NCBI GenBank assembly: GCA_964016885.1
Contig: OZ024746.1
Coordinates: forward strand, 87,978,001 to 88,042,000
Length of the DNA stretch: 64,000 bases
Source of the DNA: Eledone cirrhosa
Taxonomy: Eukaryota
Direction: 5' to 3'
In this document: in pieces, positions 12,369 to 25,665 of the stretch
Layout: each line of letters opens with the position of its first letter
How positions within the stretch are numbered: position 1 is the stretch's first letter
Translations under genes and position numbers: made by a program
Notes under the pieces: generated by a model
What the model was told of the DNA's origin: nothing
The model's input: only the letters and a program-made list of their open reading frames with translations
Databases searched by the model: none

Positions 12369-13405
12369 TTAAGGATACTATTTATGGTTATGTATGTAAT
12401 AAAACCTTTTATGGTTATATATTTTTTATACAAACCCTAAATAGTGAAAGATAGTCATTAATTACTATCTTATTACCAGTAAGATAAATAGCTCAATGTA
12501 ATAACATCGGTTGTTTTACAGAGCAGTTATATAGAGATTACAATAATCAAAGTTCAGTTTAAATCATTTATTTGCTTACAATTGTTTCCTCCAAACCGAG
12601 GTTTGGATTCTTCGGAGCAACTATTTAGTGATCTATAACATACTTGACCTCCTTTTCAACACAAGAGACATATATAAACATATGCACATATTGATCCACA
12701 GTGGGATGACATCCATCAAAATGATATAGCATGGCAATTTACATATAAAGGTTAAAGGATAAAGATAAAAATAAAAATAAAAATAAAAATAAAAATAAAA
12801 ATAAAAATAAAAATAAAAATAAAAATGAAGCATTGGCAGTCTATGAAGATAAAGCAAGAGGAAAGTTTAGAGTAGTCAGTGTATGAAACAATCTGACGTG
12901 TAGCATGCACGCGTGTCTTATTTATACATGATTAGAGTGCGTGAGAATGTTACTTGCAGGGTCAGGCAGTTGAAGCAGGCAATCGATATTATTATGTGGG
13001 CTGAATTATTAAATCATTTTTTCGCATACACCTGTATGATATACATTCCCGAATGTGGAGAAACACCAAAATATCAAAAATATCAAATATATTATAAAAC
13101 ATATTATATCGTAGGCAAAACAGTACCACTGTCTTCGCGCACACCACCACTCACATAATCTATGAGACGCAATATATAGACCACGATGGTTCGGCATATA
13201 ACCAAGTTATAAACCGTATCTTGTCGATTATTAATTAATAGATCATGTTGTTTAGTTGTGTGTGATGATATATATATATATATATATATTTGCTTGCACA
13301 AATGTCTGTTGAAGAAATTCCATTCATAAATTGTTGATTAACTATATATGTTTGCTCACTACATTAGCTAAAAATCTGCGGTGATTTATCGAACATGGGA
13401 CTTCG
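12195..13405. repeat. ~135-bp tail-to-tail inverted pair (12195-12330 / 13268-13405) enclosing a nested PLE terminus
   Basis: AAAGGACCAACAAACTCGAAGTCCC…CAGACATTTTTGCAAGCAAA versus its reverse complement; each arm abuts (TA)n on its inner side. Confidence 0.85.
12572..12620 (-). ncRNA. Type I hammerhead-like ribozyme, U4C core
   Basis: ttgct-CCGAAGA-atccaaacc tc ggtttggag-GAAA-caattg-TA-agcaa; 5-bp stem I, ~8-bp stem II. Confidence 0.75.
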
Positions 13406-13480
13406 AGGTTGTTGGACCTTTCTTGCTATGGTAACCCCAGATTGCTTGCTATGGTAACCCCCAATTGGACACAGGTCTCG

Positions 13481-13557
<77 letters not shown>

Positions 13558-13559
13558 AA

Positions 13560-13930
13560 ATAAAATAAATAAGTATAATGTTTAAAATTTGGCTTCGTTT
13601 ATTACTGCTATATACATTTCGCTGACAGCCATCTTTGGCTATGACCTCTTCAGGCAGTCCGAATTAGTGTGGTAGAGACGAGTATACATGTTGCTGAGGA
13701 GTTTAACTTTGTCAATACTCTTATATGCCCAGTTCCTGGTTGGGTTGTTATTTCACTGAGGAACTGGAATTATATGAATTTAAACAAACGAATTTCAGCG
13801 TCAAAGGGCCTCTTCTCCTCTCATTGGTCAGTTGTTAGAAAATTCCTCAGTCAAAATTCTATAGAAATTCGTTCTGAGGCAAGCCAATCTGTAGTGGTTG
13901 TTCTTGTAATTGTTAGGTACTTCTGACTTC
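13560..13930 (-). mobile_element. PLE pLTR/3' UTR fragment (family B)
   Basis: Reverse complement is homologous to 42670-42960; contains an intact HHR. Confidence 0.8.
13604..13658 (-). ncRNA. Type I hammerhead ribozyme, intact core
   Basis: actgc-CTGAAGA-ggtcatagcc aaagat ggctgtcagc-GAAA-tgtata-TA-gcagt. Confidence 0.8.
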
Positions 13931-14592
13931 TATTCTTATGTGGTAGCAGCGTAACTCTATGTTGAAAAGCATGGCATTCCACCCTCTATCGATATTGCCA
14001 AGCCATTTATATGTAATAATTCTATATCAAATGTCTGCATTATTTGTCTTTGTCACTTATAACTTACATTATGGTTTTAAATGTTCTACAAAGGAAACAT
14101 AGACTAATCGCATTAAGTTATATTACGGTTTTTCAAGGTAATTTATTTCTGTTATTATTGATAATCTTCCAAATGTGTTCATGATTTGGAACTATTTTTG
14201 AACTACATACTACTGTTTCTCACCTATCTATTCAGCCAGTCATAATCTCAGCAGTACATATAATATACAAGATATTCATTCAAAGTATGGATGCAATGGA
14301 ATAAATTTAAATATTACTGTTATTTTTTACAGTGGTTCTATTTGAAACTTCAATACTATATAGCATGTTCCACTGAAACATATTTTGGTGCTTTTATTTA
14401 CATATTTTATTCATGCATTTCGCTATTATTCTTTAAAATATTGATTTTAAACATCTTACTTCGGATCCATAATGTTGATGGAATGACATATAAACGTTAA
14501 TAAAGTGACAATATATAGGATTTGGTAACAAAGAACCCCCACCACACACATATGTATGTACTCACACACACACACACACCCACCCACACACG

Positions 14593-14675
<83 letters not shown>

Positions 14676-14817
14676 ATGTGTGTGTGTGTGCATGTATGTA
14701 TATGTGTATTTATGTACTATATATATATATATATATATATACATGTGTGTGTGTGCATGTGTTTGTTTGTGTGTGTGTGAGAGAGAATGAGGTGCGTGGG
14801 TGTGTATATATATTAAT

Positions 14818-15107
14818 TAACTTTGCCTTTCATCCTTATGGGGTCGATAAAATAAAGTACCAGTAAGACACTGAGTAATTGTTGGCCTTGTGCCAAAAGT
14901 AGAAACAAGTATTATATATCATAATTGTTTCTACTTTAGGCACAAGGCCACCAATTACCCAGTGCATTACTGGTACTTTATTTTATCGACCCGTAAGGAT
15001 GAAAGGCAAAGTCAACCTCGGCGGGATTTGAACTCAGATTGTAAAGGGACGTAACTATGCAGGAAAGCATGGCGTCCGACCCTCTACTGATACTGCCAAT
15101 CCACCGA
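14818..15107. mobile_element. Two SINEs tail-to-tail (partial + at 14818-14912; full - at 14922-15107)
   Basis: Both match the 2792-2979 consensus. Confidence 0.9.
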
Positions 15108-18090
15108 CGTTGTGTAAGACATATGCTAGCATATGATTTGCTACTTTCAAATTTTACCTGAAAATGAAATAGTTCCTGGTGAGTGAGGTAATGCTTTATA
15201 GTCATTTGAAAAACTAGTTTCCCCTAGAAATATTCATGTGTTATCTGAAACTTGATAAGAAAGTTAATAATACTCCTTCGAAATTATGTAACAAAATGAA
15301 AAAGCAGAAAAGCTCAGTCATAGGAGAAAGTTCAGAGATATAAATATAATTTAGAAACATAACATGGACAACTACAAATCAACTAAATGTGTGTTTTGTT
15401 GAATGTTTTCCAAGAGACTATGCACCGGAAGAACTTGTTTCGTATTTACAGATTCTTGACAATAAATTAGTGGTCCATTCTTGGTAACTTTGGATTGACT
15501 ACGTTTAAGAAATCCTCTCTGTTAGCTTTTACTCTGGGAAAATAGTTGTACGGTGTATTTTGCCTATTCTACAGAAGATAGATGTGATTCTCTGAGCCCA
15601 GTTCTTGATAAAATATCCTATCCGCTGTTCGAAGCCGAATCAATCATTGTTTATTAATATTCTTCAGTGTCTGATCAGTTGTTGACGTTGCGAGATCTGG
15701 CTAAGATAATGGGGCATTGACATTTGAAAGCTTATCTCAAGATGCTTCCCATTCATAACTATACTCTTATTGAATAATTTGACATGAGAAATATTCTCTA
15801 TGTAACCTTCATGAATTATTTCCTTTTGTACTCCCTACATGTTTAATACGTATGCTTGCCTTAATATCTGTATGATATTCTTATTTAGGTTATTATTGTC
15901 TGATAGAAATTATATAATATTTGCAGAACATACTCTATATCTCTAGCCGGAACACATTTTCTCGTTTGAAATAATTGTTTCTATTTATATATTGTTTTTT
16001 GTTTTTTTTTGAAATAATACTAGCTCATTGCCCATGGGATACAAAATCTATTGATAATATCATTCCTTAAAAGTTACATTACATATTGGAAATTGTTGGT
16101 GAAATCTGATGCTGTTATCTCTATTGTTACTTCTAAAAGTGCAATTTGCTTCAGATTCTATTACATTGTATTTTGTCTTCTTTGTGGGCTATAATGATGG
16201 CATTTGATTCCTCAATTGGGACTTTAATTGTTATTAGAAAAGGTATTTAATTGTTCCGACTGTGGACGAAACATAGATCATTGTTATTTTCTTTCCATTT
16301 AAATATTGGAGTCAGCACATTATGTTTCCTAGAGTCTTCTATAATCAGCTGAGGCTAACATATCAATGCTTCATGAAAAAAGACAGTTAGCAGGTATATA
16401 TTAGAAGAATCACTACAGTTTTCCATATCTGAGTAAATTCTTTCAAGTTGAAGATAGTTAGTTCTCGTATCTGGTTATATTTAGCTGCCATACAAACGTT
16501 GAGCGTTGGCAATTCAATTATTATATAATCTCAATTGTTTATATGTGTTTGCTCGTAGTAATATACTTAATTGCGTGTCATTTTGAGGTCATATTTTCAA
16601 GGAATGCTTGAGATGAAAATTTCCCATTTCATATTAATTTGTAATCAAATACCGATTACCTTTATCGATTTTGTCGGCGCAACTAGATGATTCATTCAAC
16701 CTATTTCATTGATAATCGAAATATTCTGGACTGTAAAAATGAATGAATTAGGTTTTAGCGAGATCAACATTGTGATCATTTTCTTTTGACCATTTGGATG
16801 AGGTTAATGGAACTATGTATAATTTAGAGATATTTTTATTGATGATAGGAGATGACGTATAGGAGGTGGTGTAATCTGCAAAACATGAAACTTCCAAAGT
16901 TTCTTTTCGAGATGTAAACAAATATGTTGTGGAAAATAAGAAGAGTATGTGAGTGAGTAGAGAGGTATTTCGAAGATCTCTACAACTTATATAATTTTGA
17001 ATCAGACTTATATTTCCATACTGAGAAGCTTTGAATACGGCTTCAATGATAATGCAAAGGTTCATGATGATATAATATTTTATTAGAGTGTTATGAACTA
17101 CCTCAGAAAATAACAACAATACAAACTTGTCTGTATTGCAAGAAAGCTTTAAAATGAGATCAATCTAAATAAGCAAAGTAGTCTATCTTGGAACAACCGG
17201 TATATTTACTATTACTCTGAGGGTATATGTGGCATCTAAGAAGGGAAATAAAATCGAAGTAACTGATGCATAAAGGAAGTAGAGATGTAGGCGAAACACC
17301 AAGATGTGGCAATAGTTGCAGACTTTGAAGAATAAACATCGAATATACAATGCACTTCACGAGGAGCTGTCCAAATATGTCAGCATGCTAGGATCTACCT
17401 ATCAAGTATGATATAATGACGAAAACACTATATAATGTAATCCATTAAAACGATAACAAAAAAAATAAACATATAAACAGTTATAATGAAGTACATGGCT
17501 TTTGCATTCATAATATGAATGAGTACTGGTGAAATATTCCAGTGAAAACCACAAGAAAATGCAAACATAAAATAACTCACATAGTGATATTGGACAGAGA
17601 AAGGAAGCGATGCACATTAGTGGTTATTTGCTGTCATGTAGTTGTCAATACAATTCTTAAGATTAGAAATAAGGAAATTATTTATGCTGAACTAATGAGG
17701 AATCTCTAGTTAATTCATTCTGAGTATGACTTTAGATTTATACCTGGGAGAATTTAGGGTTTTGGATATGTTACTAAATGTATAAGATGAAATATCGAGA
17801 AGCTGCTCTTCGCAGAACGTCTATTTAGGATATTGCAAATATTACTCATTAATGGAAAATGTAAATATATGTAAACTATTTCATGAATTCAATATGTAAC
17901 ACCATGCATATACACATGTATGAAAAATATATATATCTACGTGAACATATATAAAACTGAACAAACAAATCCACACATGCAATTACACCCATACTTGCGA
18001 AACACACACACAAAAAGTGCTTATATACATGATTTTTACTTAGATGATATTGTCTAAATTCTAATGAAATAGCTTTGTTTCTATGTTAGG

Positions 18091-18195
<105 letters not shown>

Positions 18196-18407
18196 CATAT
18201 ATATCTTTCTCTCTCTGGCTGTGTCTCTCTCTCCCTCATTCCATCTCACTCCCTTACTCAAGCTCTCTCTTCCGTTCTATTTTTTAGCGTTTCTAATTTA
18301 CTAAGACCAGAACGCCCATATAAAAGCACACATATACGCGCGGAGAGACGTACACACACACACATACACATATATATATATATAAATGTATATATATATA
18401 TATAGAA

Positions 18408-18531
<124 letters not shown>

Positions 18532-18555
18532 TTATATATATATATATATATATAC

Positions 18556-18773
18556 ATTTATTAAAATAACAGATTAAAGTTTAAGCAAAGAATCGCTGCT
18601 TTCACCCTTAACGGGATCTTCTGAAGATCCCGTTAAGGGCGAATGCACCGATTCTTTTCTTAAACTTTAATCTGTTATTTTAATAAATATCTGCTCTACG
18701 GTTCTTATATATTTGATATATAATTATCCTTATCGAGCCCTCTATCGATTTTAGTCTTCAAATTTATTATTAT

Positions 18774-18778
<5 letters not shown>
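18556..18778. mobile_element. Palindromic solo PLE terminus (family C) centred on a hammerhead core
   Basis: ~66-bp arms around T18622 of CTGAAGA; the sequence is the same family as the 3' end of the GIY-YIG element at 51930-52090. Confidence 0.85.
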
Positions 18779-18837
<59 letters not shown>

Positions 18838-18843
<6 letters not shown>

Positions 18844-19050
18844 TAAAATATGTCTTTAGAATCACTAGATATAATATATACCATGTCCTCTCCCAATTAG
18901 CATAATTAACCATATAAAAAATCAATTAGACCAAGCTATAAGAATAAAGGCTCGTATGAAAAAATCTCCGACAAATAACCGAAAGCAGCCCCTTCGCGGT
19001 GGCTACGATATTATATCTAGTGATTCTAAAGACATATTTTATGATATATA
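18838..19050. repeat. TA-embedded repeat with inverted ends (family also at 27090-27640 and 57765-57880)
   Basis: TCATAAAATATGTCTTTAGAATCACTAGATATAATAT and its reverse complement; shared CCTCTCCCAATTAGCATAAT motif. Confidence 0.75.
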
Positions 19051-19173
19051 GCTCTGATAGATTAATTTATGAATTTTTAATTGACCCACAACGTGACCTG
19101 TTGCAAAACACATATATATTTTCCTTATCGAGCCCTCTTTGGATTTTAGTCTTCAATTTTATTATTATTACTA

Positions 19174-19325
<152 letters not shown>

Positions 19326-19456
19326 TATTTATATATATGTATATATATATATAACGAAGGAAATGTGGTAAGGAATCAGGTGGACCATAACGCGCCATAA
19401 TACATGATACTCTGGGTAGAACAATGAGTAATAGGAAAGGTTTCAGGGCCTGGACC

Positions 19457-19528
<72 letters not shown>

Positions 19529-19533
<5 letters not shown>

Positions 19534-20132
19534 ATACTTTGGGAGGGTCATGTTGCCAATAAGAAACACACGCACCAGTTACTTTCACTTCAATTTTTTA
19601 TAAATTAAATTTATAAATTTAGGAATTTATAAATTTCCGGTTGGTTGTTTCCACAACCAGACGATTGTTCATATTTTGTCAAAGTTCTTTTGTCACACAT
19701 TATGTGACCTCTTCAGTGACTGGGGATTATTTTCTTTGTTTTTGTGCCTCTCCTTTGTTCTGCCCTACGCCATCTTGTTTTTAGATCTCAAACAAGATGG
19801 CGTAGGGCAGAACAAGGGAGAGGCACACAAACAACGAAAAGAATCCCCAGTCACTGAAGATTTCACAGCATGTGTGACGAAAGAACTTTGACAATATATG
19901 AACAATCAACTGGTTGTGGAACCAACCAACCGGAAATTTATAAATTTAATTTATAATAAATTGAAGTGAAACAGTTGGTACGTGTGTTTCTTATTGGCAA
20001 CATGACACTCCCAAAGTATAACAATATCGGTTTCAACACACTTTTCCAGATAAAGAATCTTGCTAAACAAATTCAGAATGGAGTATTCTGGTGCGTTATG
20101 GTCCACCGGGTTCTTTACCACACTTCCTTCGT
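19529..20132. mobile_element. ~250-bp-arm palindromic PLE terminus (family D) with an HHR in each arm
   Basis: Centre ~19785; HHR consensus gtca-CTGAAGA-ggtcaca…tgtgac-GAAA-gaac-TT-tgac at 19678-19720 (-) and 19850-19892 (+); tail …ACCACACTTCCTTCGTTA shared with 19352-19420, 43810-43865 and 52938-53000. Confidence 0.85.
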
Positions 20133-20311
20133 TATATATATATACACATATATATGTGTGTGTGTGTGTGAATATGTGTATATGTCTGATTCTCTTTTCG
20201 TGTGTACTTGTATAATCGGGACTCTTCCTTGTTATAGATATACACACGTATCTCAGTATATTATGTATACTTACAGATTTTGGTTTGTATATCAATGACA
20301 AAGCATATATC

Positions 20312-20496
20312 ATTGTTTCTACTGTTGGCATAAGGCCAGCAATTACGAAGTACATTACTGGTATTTTATTTTACGGACCCCGTAAGGATGAAAGGCAAAT
20401 TAACCTCGGAGGGATTTGAACTCAGAATAGCAAGAGCCGTGACTCTTTGCTCGAAACAATGGTGTGCGACCCTCTACTGATATTGCTAATCCACCG
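20312..20496 (-). mobile_element. SINE copy
   Basis: Matches the major SINE consensus. Confidence 0.85.
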
Positions 20497-21574
20497 TTAA
20501 TAGAGACATATTAAGAAAAATCCATATGTACCTATTACTAACGTGCTGCTATATACATACATAAATACGCACACACACATATATAGATTACTGCACGCAT
20601 AAAACGGTCACGTGTAGAATTCTCACATCCATCCCTAATACACATATATAAGCGATTACATATACATATACATGGCTACAGAATTACACAGAAAACAAAA
20701 CACATATGAATCAAAAATGCGCACGCGTACAAACACAGAACAAAACAGTACAGTCCTCAACACATGATATTCGTATGCATGTGCTTTTCGACATAAAAAT
20801 AGAAGTGAAAATAAGAAAAGAAAATCAACTGCATAAGTTCCTCCAAGCTATGAAATCTAAGTGACATCAGGAATAGAGTGGGAAAATTTGAGATTATTAA
20901 AATATAAACTCGTTTCTCTGGTGAATTCCATATTGATTTTCAAAGAAATTATTTTATCTCAAGGTTTAAAGTGAGTATCACATTATATCGCGTTTTATTT
21001 GATTCTGTTAGTACGCCATAGCGACGTTATATGCACGGTGTCCCTTCTTCTCTTTCACTAACTCTCATACTCATACATACACACACACATAAACACATAC
21101 ATAAATACATACACACAAACAATCATGAACACATAAAAACATACATACACATATGTGCAGGTTTACGAGCGCCCACTCACATCTATATGTAGACAAGCAT
21201 AATCACATATATCCACCAACATGTTCTCACATTCAAACGCAGCACACGATCACATACCATCATGCAATAATGTCTGTAAAAATGTTTTCTGTTTCACGTT
21301 AAAGTGTCTCTTTGTTTATTGTTTCGAGTGCGTTTTTAGTAAAATATTAATAACTGTAAATATTGCTCCTATAATGACAATACTTCCCGTTTGTGAGAAC
21401 ATATTTTATTAAATCAACTGCTTGACGCGATTGAAATCAAGAAGCTCTCGATGATATATTGAATTAATTAAGGAAAAGAACGCAATTAAACTCAATTTTT
21501 CAAAGGTTCTTCTAAGTATGACTAACCTCTATTTTCAGTAATAAAATATATTGGTTTCTCCGAATTGAGAGATC

Positions 21575-21881
21575 TGATCTGAGATACTATGGATATTTGG
21601 TTAGAATATCGCAGAAAAGATTTGCTGGACACAATTTACCGACAAAACCAACCGACAGGACTCCCAGGTGCAGGCGCCCAGAAAAATGGTTGGATAGTAT
21701 CATCTCGTTTAGAGACCCAGCCAGATCAGGTGCTGACGGTTGCTTCTGACAGGAACCCGTTGGAAGGAGTGTTTGGGGACTAACACCCAGCGACCCTCTC
21801 AGGAAGAAGAAGAAGAAGAAGAAGAAGAAGAAGAAGAAGAAGAAGAAGAAGAAGAAGAAGAAGAAGAAGAAGAAGAAGAAG
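21575..21881 (+). mobile_element. RTE-clade LINE 3' end with (GAA)n tail
   Basis: YYGYLVRISQKRFA…RRPEKWLDSI…VASDR; ends CAGCGACCCTCTCAG followed by (GAA)n at 21803-21881. Confidence 0.75.
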
Positions 21882-23048
21882 ATATGTGGAAAGGAACAGT
21901 CTATTAGGCCACGGCATAACTGCATTGATGCATAGATTGTCAAAGGCATTAAACCAAAAGCAACATTTATCAAATTCAAATTTCAACTTAAAACATGAAA
22001 TAGTTATTATAGACTTTTCATAGTCTAAAACATAGTTTGTGTAAAATCACTCATAGTATGCGTAAAATCCCTCAAAACCTGTCATTTAACACGAACACAT
22101 TTTTATCAACGCAGTAAAGATACTGTCAATCTCCAACACTTAAAACTAACCCATTGTTCACGTATTTGTATTAATCCCAACAATCAAAATCGCTTCTTTT
22201 ATTTCATCATTTGGTGATTCGAATTACAACAAAAACATTAGGTATATCAGAGTTACATTTAAATGAATTTCCCCATATGTCTCAGCTCACATATGTATTT
22301 TGTTTACATACACCGACTCACCGATGCATAACATGCAAATACACTGACTATTTTAATCATTTTCTTCTGCTTTATGGAATGTATTAGTTTGATATAAAAA
22401 TATACCTCTGTACTAAGGACTATAAGCATAGATATATCCGATATGGTGACACATCTCGGAAATGCATATATTTTCTATGTACTGGGAAAAAGTTAAAAAT
22501 ATTTAGGATTTTGTTATATTCAGAATGCTGTTTTCTAATATAAAAGAAAGTAAGATGACTGGACAAAGAGAAAGAGAGGCGGATTAAAGCGGGTTGAACG
22601 AAAGCCGTGCAAGATCTGATTTCCAATTGAATAATGGTTTGAAAATTAAATCCCTTTTTTTGAGGAAATCTTTGGGATCACGACAGAAATATATTTTGAG
22701 ATTATGCTATTATGAAAATAGACAACAGGCTAAAATATAGTTCCTATTATTTCTTCTATAATTGCCGTTGAGTATAGATCAGGCAATACGATATAGTTAT
22801 ATATTTATATGAATTATAATCCTAATTTTGAAACGAAAGTGACAGCCATTATTGATTTACTTCAATATAAATAATTATAAATTCATAAATTGGACTACAC
22901 CGACAATAATTTGGTTAATAACAGAGTTAGTTGAATCAATCCGATTACAATGTAATGCTGATATTTTAGTAATATACAGCGAAATACAAAGAACGAAAGT
23001 ATGAAACTCCGATATATATATACATACATACATACTTACACACATACA

Positions 23049-23084
<36 letters not shown>

Positions 23085-23117
23085 TACATACACACACATA
23101 TATAAATATATATATAG

Positions 23118-23510
23118 TAAGGGATTACAAAATATCGTTAGAGGTAATCCAGTTAGAGGTTGTGAATACTTCATATTATGGATAATTTTAGCGTACGGTG
23201 TTGTTTGACTCAACAAGGGGTTTACGTAGGTTGCAAATTTATGAGTACTCTTGTATACCTATGTAAGTTTATCTTGGAATAATAATATTGAAAGAGTGAA
23301 AAATACCATGGTCAACATTTGAATTCGTAAAAACTGATCATATAACACTTTTCTCCGGTGATCTGGTTAAGCTAACGCCGTATTTAAAATTGAGTGGCAC
23401 TGCTTCATGTGTTCATCAATCTTTAGATAATTAATCAGTGAAACAATTGTTAGACTGTAGATAAAACCCTTTTTTGTACTGTTGACCATGTTATCCTTCA
23501 CTCCTTTTAT
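23118..23510. mobile_element. Head-to-head PLE terminus with long-stem-II HHR
   Basis: HHR 23352-23454 (+): tct-CCGGTGA-tctggttaa…ttaatcagt-GAAA-caattg-TT-aga; terminus homologous to 5480-5536 and 40455-40620. Confidence 0.7.
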
Positions 23511-23959
23511 ATATATATATACATATATATATGTGTGTGTGTGTGTGTGTGTATGTGTGTGTATGTGTGTGTGTGTGTGTGTGTGTAAGTATGTATGTAT
23601 ATATACTGTATATATATATCGGAGTTTCTTACTTTCGTTCTTTGTATTTGTGTCCGTGTGTGTGAGTGTGTGTGTGAATTTCGTATAACTAATTATCTAT
23701 TTTTTGTTTACAAATAAACATTTAAAAATCCTTCTAGCTATGAATATTGTAAAGCTGACGGGTAGTGACGTATATCGGATTCCAGCAGAAGTTGCGGGCA
23801 ACAATTCCCCACTCGTGTCATCATGACAGTGATTTCCCTGTTCTCTTATCTGGAATGTTCGCCCATATAGCGTTGATTAGATCGATTGGCGTATGGTGCT
23901 CTACCTGCCGCTCAGCTTTAAAGTAGAATTAGTCTTCGCTCCGTCTTTGCACTTATGGT

Positions 23960-25665
23960 GTCTTTGACCCCTTGATTTAATCGAAGGATCCTCATGCAAA
24001 GCCGCGCGACACCAAGCTATTTTCGTTTGCAAATTTTAACAGCTGACGCAGAAACTAGTGCGCTGGACAATATCCGCTCTGTCCTCAGTTTGCTCAGGGA
24101 TCCTTCTGAATTTAGATGCTATAGTATATGCATACTTGGTCCTGACTTCCTTATCCACCAATGTTTCCGACTTTATCACATATGTCACTCTTGACCTACT
24201 AGTCCCGCGGGCTTCTTTATGTCTACCTAATCTCAAGTTGCAGATGACTAGATGCTGATAAGTTGACAGCTGGTCCCCTCTCTTACAACAAATATCCAGC
24301 ACAGAATCAGATATCAGAAAATAACAAAATCAATTATTGGACGCTGTCCCCGATTCCCCTTATACCATGTACATTACACATTGATGTATTATTACAGTAA
24401 ATATATTTAATAAAGATAGTTTTGATGATGATAATGATGGTTCATTGCTCCATCTTGTAGACATTTCAGAGTCGGCTAAACACATCTGACTGATACAATG
24501 ACAGGTCAGTCAATTGTATTGGTGGCCTCCCCACAGCCCCGATAGACAGAATTGAAAAGGAATTTCCCCGGAGGACGGCTAAGGAGATGCACTGGAAAAG
24601 CCATTCAAGCTCGTGAGGCTGACACATTGGGCTGATCAGCTCAGCGCCTATGGTGGTGCGTTGGGAGGTAGCTCTAGGGCCGAGGACACCAGAGGTCTCC
24701 ACTGCCAAGGCTACAACTGCAAACCTATCGGAGGGCGACGGGTATTTGAAGAGTTTGGCCTCCTTAGCCCGACATGCAGCAGAACCAGGGTTAGTCGCAG
24801 ACTACAACAGGTTGCTGCTGGAGAAAGTGTCGGTGCAAGTGGCATCCCAGACGAGGGGTTTGCCACCGCTGAACGGGAAGATGTTCATGCCATCTGGCCT
24901 TTTGCCGTCCCCTCGGTCTAGCCACACCGACTCGAGCTGGGAGGGAAGACTGCAGCGTCCAAGTCATGCATTATGACATGGTTGAGAGCAGCAAGGCTTG
25001 GAAGGCGACCGACTCTGTGGTGACAGGAAAGTGGGTGAAGGCCGAAAGAGTCCACGTGGGATCCACAGTGACATTGGTGTGGCTCGCACGTCCGGAGGCC
25101 AAGCCTCACGGAAATGCCGATGCGCAACCTATTGTTATGTATATTTATAGAAGTATTTGTGCTGGAAGGTCTTCACAATAGATATTCCATTGCTTGAGTA
25201 GACACCTAGGAATGGTTGTCCATTCATATGTATATCGGGGTTACCATTCCTTCCAATTACGCATTTCCATGTCAGGTGGTGAGTGACAACTTGTGCATTG
25301 AAGATTTCCATCAGGATATTTTACGCAGTCTTAACTACATCTAACGCAGCATTTATTCATTAAGGGAAGACCTATATTCGCACAGCATGTTCGGTCCATA
25401 TCATTTCACCACTCACATAGACTTATATTTCAGCCTACGCTTGAAGAGACAAATCCTCCTTCCTAACGGATCCAGTCCATAATACATTGTCATTGTGATT
25501 ATCCCCACCCCTACGTGTGCAGTAATTTCTTGCGCCAAGCCTGAATGGTTGAGGTTTCATCCTCCATCCAAATCTACAGTATCATAACCACGGAACTTTG
25601 TTGAGGGAACCCCGACTACATCTTTCCCGAAGCATCTAGCCTCCTCCACTATGTCCTGCTCCTCT
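23960..25665 (-). mobile_element. RTE LINE apurinic endonuclease region, split by a nested insertion
   Basis: 25665-25155: EQDIVEEAR…DVVGVPSTKFRG…HVGVGII…FNAQV…WKCVIGRNG…TFQHK; resumes at 24385-23960: CTWYKGNRGQRPIIDF…KRGDQLSTYQHLVICNL. Confidence 0.85.
24391..25150 (-). mobile_element. CRE-like (RLE-encoding) non-LTR retrotransposon 3' fragment
   Basis: RLGLRTCEPHQCHCGSHVDSFGLHPLSC (CCHC knuckle), DGKRPDG…LVWDATCTDT…EAKLFKY…AVETSGVLG…ISLAVLRGNS (PD-D/ExK restriction-like endonuclease). Confidence 0.85.
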
